From assembly GCA_047495785.1 (NCBI GenBank), contig JBLDXI010000007.1:3782001-3846000 (forward strand): a stretch of DNA of 64,000 nt, written 5' to 3'. A program made the position numbers and the translations under genes. The stretch's first letter is position 1; each line of letters starts with the position of its first letter. Of this stretch, positions 14,318 through 26,258 are shown in pieces. The notes beneath the pieces are model-generated. The model was given only the letters and a program-made list of their open reading frames with translations. It was not told the DNA's origin and ran no database searches. Source of the stretch: Lepidodermella squamata (lineage: Eukaryota > Animalia > Gastrotricha).

Positions 14318-14961
14318 TCATTTGAGACTAGGTGGCACAAGACCTCCGTACATCGAATGACCAGCTTGGCCGGGTTGAGCAGCGCCTGGCCCGAGCAGCA
14401 TCTGACGCTGTTGAGCAAGCTGTTCCTGAGCAAATTGATGACGTTCGCGTTCGAGGACGACTGGCATAACAGCGACCATACTAGTTGCGGCCAAGGCCCA
14501 CGCGAAAGACCGACCGTTTTCCCATGACCAGCGAACGGCAGAAACGGATCCAGAGGCGAGCCCGATTATGAGTCGTCTAACAGATTCAGGAAACATCTCT
14601 GTCAGACCTATTAGTCGCTCTGAAAGGGTTTCGTCGATATCCTAAATGACACCAGGGTTAAGTAATGACAATAAATAAGTTATTGTAAACGAACTTCGTC
14701 GTCGTCATCATCTTCTTCTTCATCGTCATTGTTATCTTGAGTTCTGCTGAGGCCTTCAGCTGACGCTTGCATGCCTCCAGCACCACCAAGTAAGGCGAGG
14801 AGCTCATTCATCGATGGACCCTGCCCGCCCTGCTGATTTGCTGCGGCCATCAACGCTGCAGCTGCTGCCATTTGGTCCTCGTCCCCGACAACTCCATCGT
14901 CATCTTCATCGTCGTCCTCTTCATGGCCAGGCGGCGGTCGACCGAATCCTCCGGGAAACAT
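14318..14961 (-). CDS. TOMM22: Mitochondrial import receptor subunit TOM22 (2 exons: 14961-14695, 14641-14318; ~196 aa)
   Basis: Spliced product has acidic N-terminal tracts, then DETLSERLIGLTEMFPE, a TM segment AWALAATSMVAVMPVVLERE and QQRQMLLGP, all hallmark Tom22 motifs. 53-nt GT-AG intron. Confidence 0.93.
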
Positions 14962-15918
14962 GATTGAGATGGGGGCGATATAATAAAATAATGCACTATA
15001 CGTATATAAATAAATGAAAAGCAATGAAAAGCAAATTATCACTTCCATGATCAAAGGACGAAAGAGGTGGTACAAACGAACACAATTGAGACGTGGCTCT
15101 TTCTTTGGTAAAAATCAAAAGAGTGCTTCGCCAGCTGATGCACCCTCGGTGGTACGCAACACCCATTTTCATTTGACAAAAAGTGCGAGTAAGGGCCAAA
15201 ATCAGATGCCACGTATCGATTCTCGATTTGACTGAGAATCATGCGGCTCATTAATGGGCAATGACGTTTCATCGCTGGATTGGCTGCTAAATATGATTAT
15301 CTTGCTTTAATTATAGCAGCGGGTTTAGATGGCTAGCTTAAACAGAGACGCGTCTGAAAGGCAGGCACATTGCCATCGTCTATCCAATAGCAAAACATTC
15401 CTTTACCAACTGCTGGCTGCTTGAATTTGAGGTACCCAGGGTGGGAAAAATGTCTAATCCTCCCATCTACACTGGTATTAACGTCGTGGAAACTTAGTCT
15501 ACTACGAATTGAAACAAGAATAAAAGTGGTGCTTTCTAGGTCAACATTCGACTTGAAAAGGGCAAGGATCTCAAACCATAGGAAAATGCTGTCAGGTGCA
15601 CTCTGCACCTCCCGACGCCAACAGCAGCAATAATTGATTGCCGGCGGCGGTGATCGTGTCCTACTCAACGAGTTTAGAGAGCCTTAGACAAGGAACCTCG
15701 AACCTCGCGGTTCGGAGAAAGGCTAAACGCTGCCGCTTAAGCCGGGGACCCGAAGATTTGATTTGAAAAGTGTGGTGTCGTGAATTTCAAAATGTTTTCA
15801 CATATAAATTAGACAAATTATAAATTATAAAAACAAAAATATTTTTCTGAAATTCAACAGTAAGTTATAACAATTTTTATAGTTAATTTTGTTAGCGGGC
15901 TTTTCGAAATTCCACGCC

Positions 15919-15931
15919 GTTTCTTAGCAAC
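15919..15931. promoter_or_regulatory. Candidate RFX X-box (GTTTCTTAGCAAC)
   Basis: 13-mer with a perfect TAGCAAC half-site matching the RFX consensus. Target gene unclear; could be chance. Confidence 0.3.
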
Positions 15932-16625
15932 AACAGCTGATTGATCACAGATCTCCGATTCAAATGGGTAGTCACTTCGGGGTGGAATATGGTGAGCTGA
16001 TTGCAGAGTTGCAACCGAGCTTGACGGAATCCTTTGCTCATGGACAGAATTTCAAAATTTGGAAGTTTCCGTCACTTGATGACATTATCAGCCCTCGGTT
16101 GGTGCTTGGAAACATTTGTTAGAGCCTCCAACCTTGGTTCCCCGCTGAAAATTTAACGCAGGCCTGATTTAATTTTAAACATTGATGTCCTTGTTAATTT
16201 AAGACGTTTTGTAAATGCTGGTTGCTGCTAGCTGTCGGAGATGGTACATGCATACTTACGCTATTATTCGTGTGAATTCTCCATTCACCAAACCAAGTTA
16301 GTGGAGTATTAGTGTCTGACTCATTTTCCTGGAGGCTGTGCATGAAAACATATTGGTGGCAATATCACTTGGATAGATACCTAGATGAAAATTCGATCTT
16401 ATCATCTCAAAGTGTAAACAGTAATCTCCGAAAGAAGATATGTTACAATGAAATCAAACACACTGAGACTTCATTGTTTTATCGTTTATTTTTTACGATC
16501 TCTTCAGAATAGTTCAGCAAGGCACATTAGAAGAGGATACCGAACTTTACAAAGTAATATAAGGATTGAATATGCAATGAGATCACTGGAAATCACTCAG
16601 CAGCAAGTTGAAACAAAATAAAAAC

Positions 16626-19600
16626 TTATGAGTAAAGAATAGTTGCTGGTTGTTTAGTAACCGGCGGCTGCGCAGGTGCTGCCTCTTCAATATCATTGGC
16701 TCGCAGCAGTGCGTCTTCGTGAATTTTCTGCTCATGGCGCTGAAGCAATCGAACTCGCTCTGGCCTTTGCGGAATCATATGCGAAATTAGCCAACACAGG
16801 ATCCAAACAATGACAATAAACGCCAGAGCAAAAGCCAGCCTGATAACCAATATTTCCCAATGGGTCGCCTTGTAACCATAGGCGTTTTCTGACCATGGCG
16901 GTTCAAAAAATCCACGGTAGCTGTTTAAAAGTATGACATTTTCTTTATGTTAAATGACAAAAGTGTCTAACAATTCCAAATATTGGCACCTTGCTTATTT
17001 TAATATCAAGAATAACTTACTAGCAATAAGGTATCGACTTATTGTTGAAATTATTCGAATCCTGTAGGCCGAAACCGCCAAGGCCTGGTAGGTCCACAAT
17101 GCCGCGATTAACGCATTCCTTATCGAGTTTGAACTTGGAAATAGATTGCAGAGAAGTGACGTTGCTAGCCATGACTGATAGACCAAAGGCAAACGCATTC
17201 GATTTAAACGTTGTCGCGTTTAGTGAATCTGGCGCTAAGATGCGCTCGTTGCGGAACAGCAGAAAATAAGCGATTTGCGTAACATTTTCTGACGTGAATG
17301 CGATTATCAACGCCTAATGAACAATATATGAATTTGTACAGGTGTTTACGCCAGTGCTTACGTTAGATAGGATTGAGACCCAAATCAGGCATTTGATTAT
17401 TTCAGCCCAAATACCAATACCATCAACCATTGCGGCGACCGGGCGGCGATAGCTCGTAACCAATTTATAAGCATCCATTCGAATTTCGAGAACGTTGTTC
17501 AGTAAAGCGAAAATTGGCGATAATGGGAAACAGACACCGAATAGGGTGACAAAGCCAAATTGCAAAACTATAAAAATAATCAACCAACATGAAAGATTTT
17601 GAACCCGCAAATTTTTCAAATTTCTTTCCAAACATTTTCCTACTGGACTAGCTGCCCCGGAAAATAAAGAGAGAGAGAGAGAGTTCGAAATACTTTGAAT
17701 TACGAATTGTTAGAAAAATTGTCTTGATTAAATTTCTAGTCGCTCACCCATTTCGAGGTATTCTTGGAGAATTCCCGATTGTGTATAGTCGACCAGGTAG
17801 AAATCCGCCTCCCATCGGGGAACTGCCTCATGGTCATCGCCACGCGGCGATACAGCATTGGCTTTTGCTGACAACACCTTGCTGCTCGCAACTTTCTTCT
17901 TGGCCTCTTTCGCCTGTTTCTTGTGAAACAGGCCGCGTAACTTGTGGCGCTTTTTCAATAGAAACGGAATCGCTATCTCCATGACATGCGAAACGAGTTG
18001 CCGGCCGACCATGACGATGGCGAGCTGAAGGCTCAAATCAGCCATGCAACCGGCCGGGTCACACTCGTCTGAAATGTAGCCCATAAATGTCTTCAATCCA
18101 GGCGGCATGCCATTCAAAGCTTGAAACGTCTGAAAACGGCCGCGCAAGAAGGCTGTGTAGAAAATCGTTCCGTAGCAATTCGCGAATTGAAAAATAAACA
18201 TTTTGATCGTGAAGCTATCGTCGAAATTGCTCTGCGTCCTCGGCCGTTCCCATTCCGTCAGTTTAAAAGCTAGCCATTCGTAGAAATACGTCAGAATGAG
18301 AATGACTATCAAATTTATGATGGCAGCTGATAGTGAAATCAAAATTCGGCCGTATTTATCGAGAAAGTCCGATTCGACCGAAGTCGTGAATAGTGCGGCA
18401 TTTAAAACCGTCCGATAAATCACAATGCTGAGCATTGTACCAATAACAACAACAATCTGCGTGGAATTTGAAAAATAGGATTTCTCTGCTATAATTTCGT
18501 TGTACTTACAAGTACGGCGATGATGCTCCATGAAAACAGGCCTCGTAAAATTCGAAATAGCAGCGGCTCGTAAGGCTCAGGTTGGCCTGAAAGTGGGTCG
18601 ACTTTGATCCGCGATGCCATGGCTTCAAATTCAGGTCGAGGCGGTTCCTAAACAAATATTTTTTAACGTGAGCTGAAAATTCTAAACATTTGAAACCTTA
18701 CCCTTTCTTCGTAGTCGTAAATGTCCCATTCGTAACGAAGTTCCAGCTCGCGCCTGTTCCAAAGCTGCATGAAAACCGTGCCCCATACCGTAATGCAAAT
18801 AGCATAGCCAATGGTCGATATCTGAAAAAATTTAGAAGTAAATCATGAAATTTCACTTGAGAATGTGACAATTATCAGAGACTTCCCGACAAAATTCTCG
18901 TCATTTTTGAATTTTCCACAAGATGAATTCATCTTTCATTCGGATTCTAGACCTTTTTAGATTTCAAGGTTCCCTTTTGACTTCGGGGATGGAATTTGTC
19001 TCAATTTCTAACTTACATTGTCGCACAAATGTGAATAGATAGCGCTGATGCAGGACGTGTGTAAAAACCAGAATCCACAGCCTTCAGGGCATAGCGGACA
19101 CATGACGACACAGCCAAAGCGGTCTGTATTGCAGACTTCATTCACCGTTTCATCTGTACGCGAGCTGATCGCGCCGTACAGGCAAACGACAAAGCCGATG
19201 AAGGCCAGGTAGAAGAGCGCCTTTGTGTAGTCACCCAGCCAGGCAAAGTACATGGCCACTTTTTCGCCGAAATAATCGCGAACTGCGTCCAACGGCTGGT
19301 GCTTGCAAATTTGCGAAAATGAAGCCCAGTATCGGTACAGCAAATAGCGATCATGCGGCCGTCGCTCTGCATCCGCAGCCTTATCCTCGAAAATTGAAAA
19401 ATGAATGAAAAATTATTAGTCAAGATTCGAAAACCATTCGAAAATTCGGAAATATTCCACCAATGAAAAAAATCAATCAAATGAGTTTTTCGATAATAGA
19501 TAATCGAGTCATTGAAAAAATGAGAAATCGATTATGCATTTCTTCGGCTAAAAAATATTTTGGACAAATTTCTAAAAATGTCTCCAAATATATATAATAT

Positions 19601-20952
19601 ATATATTTGGAGACATTTTTAGAAATTTATATTATTATAAATTGCTGCCTATTAATAATCCAGAATACCAAAATATATCATGCTGCCAAACTTTCCGAAA
19701 AATCGAAAAAATCTAGCTAATGAATTTTCCGATGACCGATAATCAAAGCATCACAAGGATTGACATTCAAATTTAAATTTTCAAAAAAATAATGATTTTA
19801 ATGAATCTAATCGAATCAAACTTTGCAAATTTTACCTCTTGACCGGCATTATTATGCTTTCCGCCGGCCTCAATTATGACGTCTTTTTTCGATTTTACCA
19901 TATGACTAGCCGGTCCATCGTGTATAGGATAAGCTGACGAGTAAATTTCTTTCGCCAACAAGCGATGAATGCCGAAATCAAGGTGGCCAGTTCCGTAAGT
20001 ACATTCCGATAGGATGTACCAAACAATGCGACTTCGCTGCGAATCGGAGAAAAATGTATCCTTATCGTTGATGCGGAACAACGCGACGTAAGGCCGGCTG
20101 AACGGGGCCGAGAAATAATCCAAGCTATCAGGTATAGCATTGTGGTCGTAGGATAGGCACGTCGAGCAGCATGCATTGTCAGAACTTGCAAATTCGGCGG
20201 CAAAAGCAGCCGATTCGGTGGTTTCGCCGAAATACTGTCAAACACACAAAAATAAACATTAAAAATTAAATTATATTTTTTCTTTCAATTTTAATTCTTC
20301 CACATTTCAAAAAAAATTTTGTTCGAAATTCGCGATTCCTATTCATTTTTTCAATTTTAACAGCGGAAAAAATATTGTTTAGTCTAACACCGGATATTGT
20401 AACCCTACTGTACCTGCGTAAATCAAATTAAAACCGATTTTTTTTCATTACCTCAACCGGCATGCGAATCCGCAGAACTTCAGCGTATTTACTCAGCGCT
20501 TGCCATGTCGCGTGGACTTTGACGAAGGCAACTTTCTCGTCGCCGCCACCCGGATCCTGCGCCGATAGAAAAACTTTAAAATAAACAAAAAAAGACGCAA
20601 AGCAAACATTGCAGATTTCGATTTCGAGATGCAGGCCTTCGCGGATCAGGCTTTCGTGGAAGGCGCGTCGAATCGCGGCCTCCTCGCGGTTTTTCTCGGC
20701 CCCATTGCCCAATTTTTCGTAGGTTAGAACGAAATCAATTCGACGCTTGCCATCGCGGAAAAAAACGCCTCGATCATCATTGTCGCGAGTATCGTACTAT
20801 CGAAAAAAATTGGAAAAACAATATTTTTCAAAATAAAATACCACGTAAAAGAAATTCATAATAATTAGAGTAATTTCGATGGAAAAACTTACCACGGCTA
20901 TGCTTTCGGGTTCCTTCTTCCGCTCCTTTTTCACTTTTCTAGCATCGCCCAT
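16626..20952 (-). CDS. Anoctamin/TMEM16 family Ca2+-activated chloride channel or lipid scramblase (multi-exon)
   Basis: ATG at 20952. Motifs FRDGKRRIDFVL, YSSAYPIHDG, QPLDAVRDYFGEKVAMYFAWLG, WERPRTQSNFDDSFTIKMFIFQF, ECDPAGC, EYLEM, LQFGFVTLF...PIFALLNNVLEIRMDAYK, GIGIW. The Ca-binding acidic residues (EYLE; E...D) are retained. Confidence 0.95.
19566..19628. repeat. Perfect palindrome, 31-bp arms with a 1-nt spacer, in an anoctamin intron
   Basis: aaatttctaaaaatgtctccaaatatatata-a-tatatatatttggagacatttttagaaattt. Confidence 0.9.
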
Positions 20953-21946
20953 AATTCAGGCTGAAAAATGGATAAATTGACGATCCAAAGTATGAGATGG
21001 AAGCTTATCCTCACCTTTCAGGGTCAAATAGCGAAACTGCGGCAAAATGTGATCAGCTAGACATCACATTTGCGAATTACTGCCTAAAAACCTAAAAAAC
21101 TGCAAAAATCCGTAACTCGAAAAAAAGAGAAAATTATATTAAGGTGGACTTTTTAGAACTGATTAATATTTTCGAAGCTTGGTATTTGCTATATTTTTGA
21201 TGGATCAACTTTCTTAGAGAAATTTGCGTGGGAAACGGGGGCCATTTACACCTAATGATTTTATTCAGCCATTTTAATGTAAAATGTGGTAAGTATATAA
21301 AAACTGTAAAGCTTTGCGAAAACTGCATTGATTTGGAGAAACAAAAATCCGCCACCTTCGCAACTGCGATGGAATGTTTACTCTGAGTGGCATCAGCAAA
21401 CAAAACACTTGTTCTTCCGCGTAATAAAATCGGAATCATATAACACACTCGCGATGGCAATATATTGATCTCAAGTTTTGTGTACCTAATTGATCCAGCT
21501 TCTTTTTTCAGCCGAACTCGAAATAAATTCCGCAAATTTTGATCTGAACTCATGACAGACCAGCTTTTGTCATCTGCATTTTCCACAATTTAAATGATAA
21601 TTACTCATTCAAATGACCTGCAAGTATGTTCACAAATTCTTTACTGCAATATTTTATCAGAAAATCGTTTTTTTATTTCAAACTTTTTTGCAAGGCAAGA
21701 CAATTCTCACTTGTCAATCTCTCCTTTCATGGTGACAACAAAAAGAATAAAACCATAGTTATGTGAGGCAAAATTTAACAACAAAACTTGAGGGAGCGTA
21801 ATGAAAGCTTTTGATTTTTTCTGCTTTGGTGTCCGTATCAAAGAAAAACAACAGTTTTTTAAACCAATCGACATTAATCAAGGCAACAAAAATAGTTTGT
21901 AGCAAGCTGAAAGGCGTAGAAAAGTATTGCTGAGCGTTGTTTTTCT

Positions 21947-23219
21947 TCATTTTCCAGAATTGAAGACTGATGACGTAATCTCTTTCTCGTTAACTTCTAC
22001 AGTTACGAAAGTATGAGTTGGCAGCAATTGAATATCTAGGCGTTTATAAATTAGGCTATTGATGCCATCTAAATTCATGCGATCTATGGTGTTTTTGAGT
22101 AGCCAGTATCGCCGGTCGTTTGCTGCATTTGATTTTTCGTGATCATGCTTCCACATTTTGTAACGCATGATGTTGCGATCATATCGGGTAATTTCAAACT
22201 TCTTATGCGTTAAACGGCTGTACATATCGTCATCTTCACCGCCCCAGCCAAAATATCTACAAAAATCGAATGACCACTCAATACGAAAGCTGAACTTTTA
22301 ATACAACTTACAAATTAGAAAACCCATTAACCATCTCGAAAATTCGCCGCGGAACGCTTGATATGCCTCCGAAAATTTCCACATAAGGTATTTTGTAGCT
22401 AAACTAAACGATAAAACTTGTGAAACAAAATCATAACAGAAGAAAGCCAAGTACCTTGTCAATGTAGCCAGACATATGCCTAGGACCCTCAGCACAACCA
22501 TATGGAGCTTTATCATTCTCTAGAAATAAATCCACGTCCTGAAAATACAAATAAATAAATTCAGAATAAATCGAATCAAGCCAAATTACATGAAAGACAA
22601 AGCAATCCCACTGCTTGAACTGCATAGATTCGTTGTAGCCAATGTTCATAAGCAAAGCTCGATTGAACTTGTTATCGCCGCTTTGATTAATTATAAAAAT
22701 CCCGTATTCTAACAGCTGTCTTTGAAGTATAGGATGCATGTGATGTAGGAAGGCGCGGAGTTGAACTTCGCGGTTGCGATAAGGTACTATTATGGCGACC
22801 TTCCATTTAGGCTGGCAGTGCTTTGGCTTGAAAAAACCACCGGGTTCCAAATTAGGATTGAGCTTGGCGATTTCTTCAAATTCCGGGTCTTCAAATGTTA
22901 CAGCCAAAGGCCCCACAAGTTTCTCGCCATCCGGGCAAATCGCCTGGCTTGACGATTCGTTTTTAATTGACTTGGGTGTAACCCGAACGGTTTTAAGAGA
23001 ACTTTTGAGGGATTGAGATGTCGTGGTAATATGCTCTTTAGTTCGTGAGGTCAGAGTAGTTTTGAGCCATGGAGTCCCTTGGATTTCATCAGATAAAAGG
23101 ATTGGTTTGCTCGACGAAAACCTGCGAGGGCTAGATTGAACATATATGAAGCAGATCGTAAAACCAGCGATGCATATCAGCAGCAGAAGAACTGTCAGCT
23201 TGAATTGTTGAGGCAGCAT
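21947..23219 (-). CDS. bre-4: GT7 beta-1,4-N-acetylgalactosaminyl/galactosyltransferase (bre-4/B4GALT-like), 4 exons
   Basis: Type II TM anchor, KVAIIVPYRNRE, FNRALLMNIGY, CFVFH|DVD (51-nt intron 22589-22539), exon 22403-~22312 FSYKIPYVEIFGGIS...VNGFSN, YFGWGGEDDDMYSR, RYKMWKH. Confidence 0.92.
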
Positions 23220-24177
23220 AATTCATCAAGAAAATGTCATGAACACTTTAAATTTTATCATTTAAACGACCTCAAATCATCTATACAACAGAAGGGTGTA
23301 TAAGGATATATAAGGAATGTATGTAAAAGAAGCCTTGAGGGGGAAGTGTCTTGAGGATGAAAGAAATGCATATCAGGAATGCCGCAACATCTCTTGAGAC
23401 ATCTCTCCTCTCTCGTTACGCTTTACGTTTACACGTAATAGTGGGTAACGAACCTGAAGTATTAACGTCAATTGTTACTGGAGCCAAGCACCGCTAAACA
23501 AAATAAGTACATGTCAAGCTTTGCATTTGCACTTAGGAAAAACACGAAACACGAAATGACAACAGTTAAGCGGATCTGTTCCAAAGCTTGAATAAAAGTA
23601 TCACAATTAAGCAGACAATGAGTATGAACACAAGGACGCATACGTCTCAGCGTGATACCAAGAGATGCCACGCAAGAACTTAGCTACAATGAGGTATATA
23701 TGCCGTAGACTCGCACACTGCAAACCAAAGTGAGCCGCGCCCACTTTCAAAAAAGACGCTTGGATACTTCTTTGACATTTTTCTCACTATTTAGCGAGAA
23801 TTTCGCAATATTGTATATTCCATGGTAGTCAGCAACATTCCAGCTACAAAATAAAAATAATTTGTAATAAATAACGTCGAAATCAAATTCTTCTCGAAAA
23901 AGGAATCAGCTGTTTCTAGGGCACACGCGTGTTAGTTTGCACGGTTTGGTTCGGCGAATGCAATGCGGAATGTAGCTTGGAATCCGGGCAATTCTTGGCC
24001 AGAGAGCTGCATACATCTGGCCTCCCCCTGGCTGGATGCTTCTCGATTGCATTTCCAGTTTCTGCATTGCAAGCCATTGAAGTATACTTTTAGCTATGAA
24101 GTTGAAATGGTGTAGTACATCAGTTCTTAATAACATTGCAGACTTTTTGTAGATTCGGAGTAAATTTTAAACTAAGT

Positions 24178-25089
24178 ATGTCTGATGTCGGTTCTTTGTT
24201 GGGGAAGCCGGTAATTCCAGGCGATGTTTTTTCAGCACCATGCCAGAATTCAGACATTTCTAAGTGAGTTGCTATTTGTCGTTGTTGTTCACACTATTCA
24301 TGACTTTGATATTCTTACAGACCTGTTACTGTCGGGCCAGGTCTTGAGTTTATCTCAATCGAAAAAAATATCGATGAAAACGCTGAAAAAGAAGGTATCT
24401 GTACCTATCGGGTTCAATCAGCCGGTGTTCTAAATCGAAGCATAGATAACGAAGATTTATTCTTTGTAAATTCTGCTTCTTCTCCTCAAGTAAATATTTT
24501 GTTTAGATGTATCTGTTTGTATATAATTTGTTACTTATTACAGTATGAGCCTAATGTTGGCGATTACGTTGTCGGTTTAATTGCTGGGAAAAGTGCCGAT
24601 TACTACCGAGTTGCGATCCGGTCGCGTGAATTGGCCTTCCTGGGCCAGTTATCTTTCGAAGGAGCTACTAAAAAGAACAGACCAGATGTTCAAATCGGCG
24701 ATGTAGTGTACGCCAGAGTCACGGCGGTTGCTCCAGGAGTTGCCGGTCGCCAAGCAGAGCTCATCTGCTACAATCCTGATACAGACAAAGCCGAGGGTAT
24801 GGGAGTGCTTAAAAAAGACAACTCTCTCGCTTTCTCCCTGAAAAACAACCAACAAATTCAGCGGCTAGTTGCGAAAAACAACAAATTAGTACGTGAAATA
24901 GGGAAACGAATTCCATTTGAGGGTGCTTACGGTTACAACGGCATGTTCTGGGTGCGTTCTCGTTCAGTTCGCGAGTCGATTTTGGTCTCAAATCTGCTCC
25001 AAGCTTTGAGCAGTTACGAGGGCCGAGAAAAAGAGTGGGCTAATCGCTTGATCGACGCAGCTATGAATCGTTTAGCCGGATTTTCTTAA
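24178..25089 (+). CDS. EXOSC3: Exosome complex component RRP40 (3 exons)
   Basis: MSD...VIPGD, VGPGL, YEPNVGDYVVGLI, LSFEGATKKNRPDVQIGDVVYARV, PFEGAYGYNGMFWV (S1 plus KH domains). Confidence 0.93.
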
Positions 25090-25145
25090 AACAATAATTG
25101 TTTTTTTTAACTTTTGTTTCGTGTAGAATTTTAATTATTAAAAAG

Positions 25146-25825
25146 ATGTCGCGAGCTGCTCAAAAGATTGTTCGTCTCAACAAGGCGAAAACCGCGTTCT
25201 TATTGTGCGATATGCAGGAACGATTTCGACCTTTGTCGCAGAAATTCGGCGAAATTGCTGAAGTTTCGAAGCGACTATGCTTGGCAGCGAAAATTTTCAA
25301 ACGTCCGCTGTTTATTTCGGAGCAATACCCTCAAGCTCTAGGGTAAGTAACGACAGCGGTTTTTATTTCTACCAATTTGCCAAAACACGTGAGGAAAAAC
25401 TATTTTTCGTTTCTAGGCCAACGATTCCCGAATTATTGGCTGTTGCTAAAGATCACGCGAAACTGATCTACCCGAAAACTCAATTTTCGATGGTAACGCC
25501 TGAGCTGGAATCACATTTAGCTGGAATTGAATCTGTCGTTTTATTCGGCATTGAAACTCACGTTTGCGTTATGCAGACGTCTTTGGATTTGCTTGCTCGA
25601 GGCATTGACGTGCATCTAGTTGCCGATGCTACGTCAGCCCGTACCCAGGTTGATCGGCACCTGGCCCTGGCGCGATTACGCCAGGCTGGGGCTTGCATCA
25701 CAACTGCCGAGTCTACGATTTTCGACCTGTGTCGAGATAAGAATGCACCGGAATTCAAGACGATTCAACCGCTGGTGAAAAGCTCTTCGCCTGATTCTGG
25801 TCTACTGCCTGGAAAATTCGATTAA
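25146..25825 (+). CDS. ISOC2: Isochorismatase domain-containing protein (ISOC1/ISOC2 family); exons 25146-25342 and 25417-25825
   Basis: FLLCDMQERFRP, SEQYPQALG|PTIPEL, PKTQFSM, VVLFGIETHVCVMQTSLDLL, ADATSAR, TTAESTIF. About 200 aa with no ISOC1-type extension, so ISOC2-like; paralog assignment is uncertain. Confidence 0.9.
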
Positions 25826-26258
25826 TTATTTTTCGAAATAACTTCGCACTTTGGCTCGAAAAGCTTCGAAAATTTTAGTGCTAGAATTGTTTTGAGAGAA
25901 ACATTTTTCACCCGGTAATTACTCCACTTTAAATTCGATCATCTTGCCCAGTGAATGATAGTATTTATTGTTAGTGACAAGGATTATTTGAACATTTCTG
26001 TCAGTTTTTGGAATAAAATCAATGTTTAGATGGCTTGTTGCAGTTTAAAGATCATAGAAAGTCAATCTAACAGGGCTCTCGAACTATCATGGAAAAAATT
26101 CAAAGAAAAAGTAACCAAAACATCATCGTGACTTTATGATATATACAATTTGAAATTTTTTGAAATATTAATTAGCAATCGCTCATATTTCAATTGCTGA
26201 ATTCATAGAACATTTTTATTTCGATGATTTTAGATTTTATATTATATACCTAATAAAG

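Noticed and set aside
15690-15760. tRNA or tRNA-derived SINE suggested by GGTTCGA on the minus strand
   Set aside because: No cloverleaf, acceptor stem or properly spaced A box.
15333-15776. 111-aa ORF (-), and a + frame interrupted only by TGA codons (selenoprotein or recoding idea)
   Set aside because: No homology, no redox motif and no SECIS recognisable. Genes in the window use the standard code, with TGA as a stop.
21134-21586. 150-aa minus-strand ORF between GT7 and anoctamin
   Set aside because: GTG start, AT-rich, no motif or consistent splice structure; likely UTR or intergenic chance ORF.
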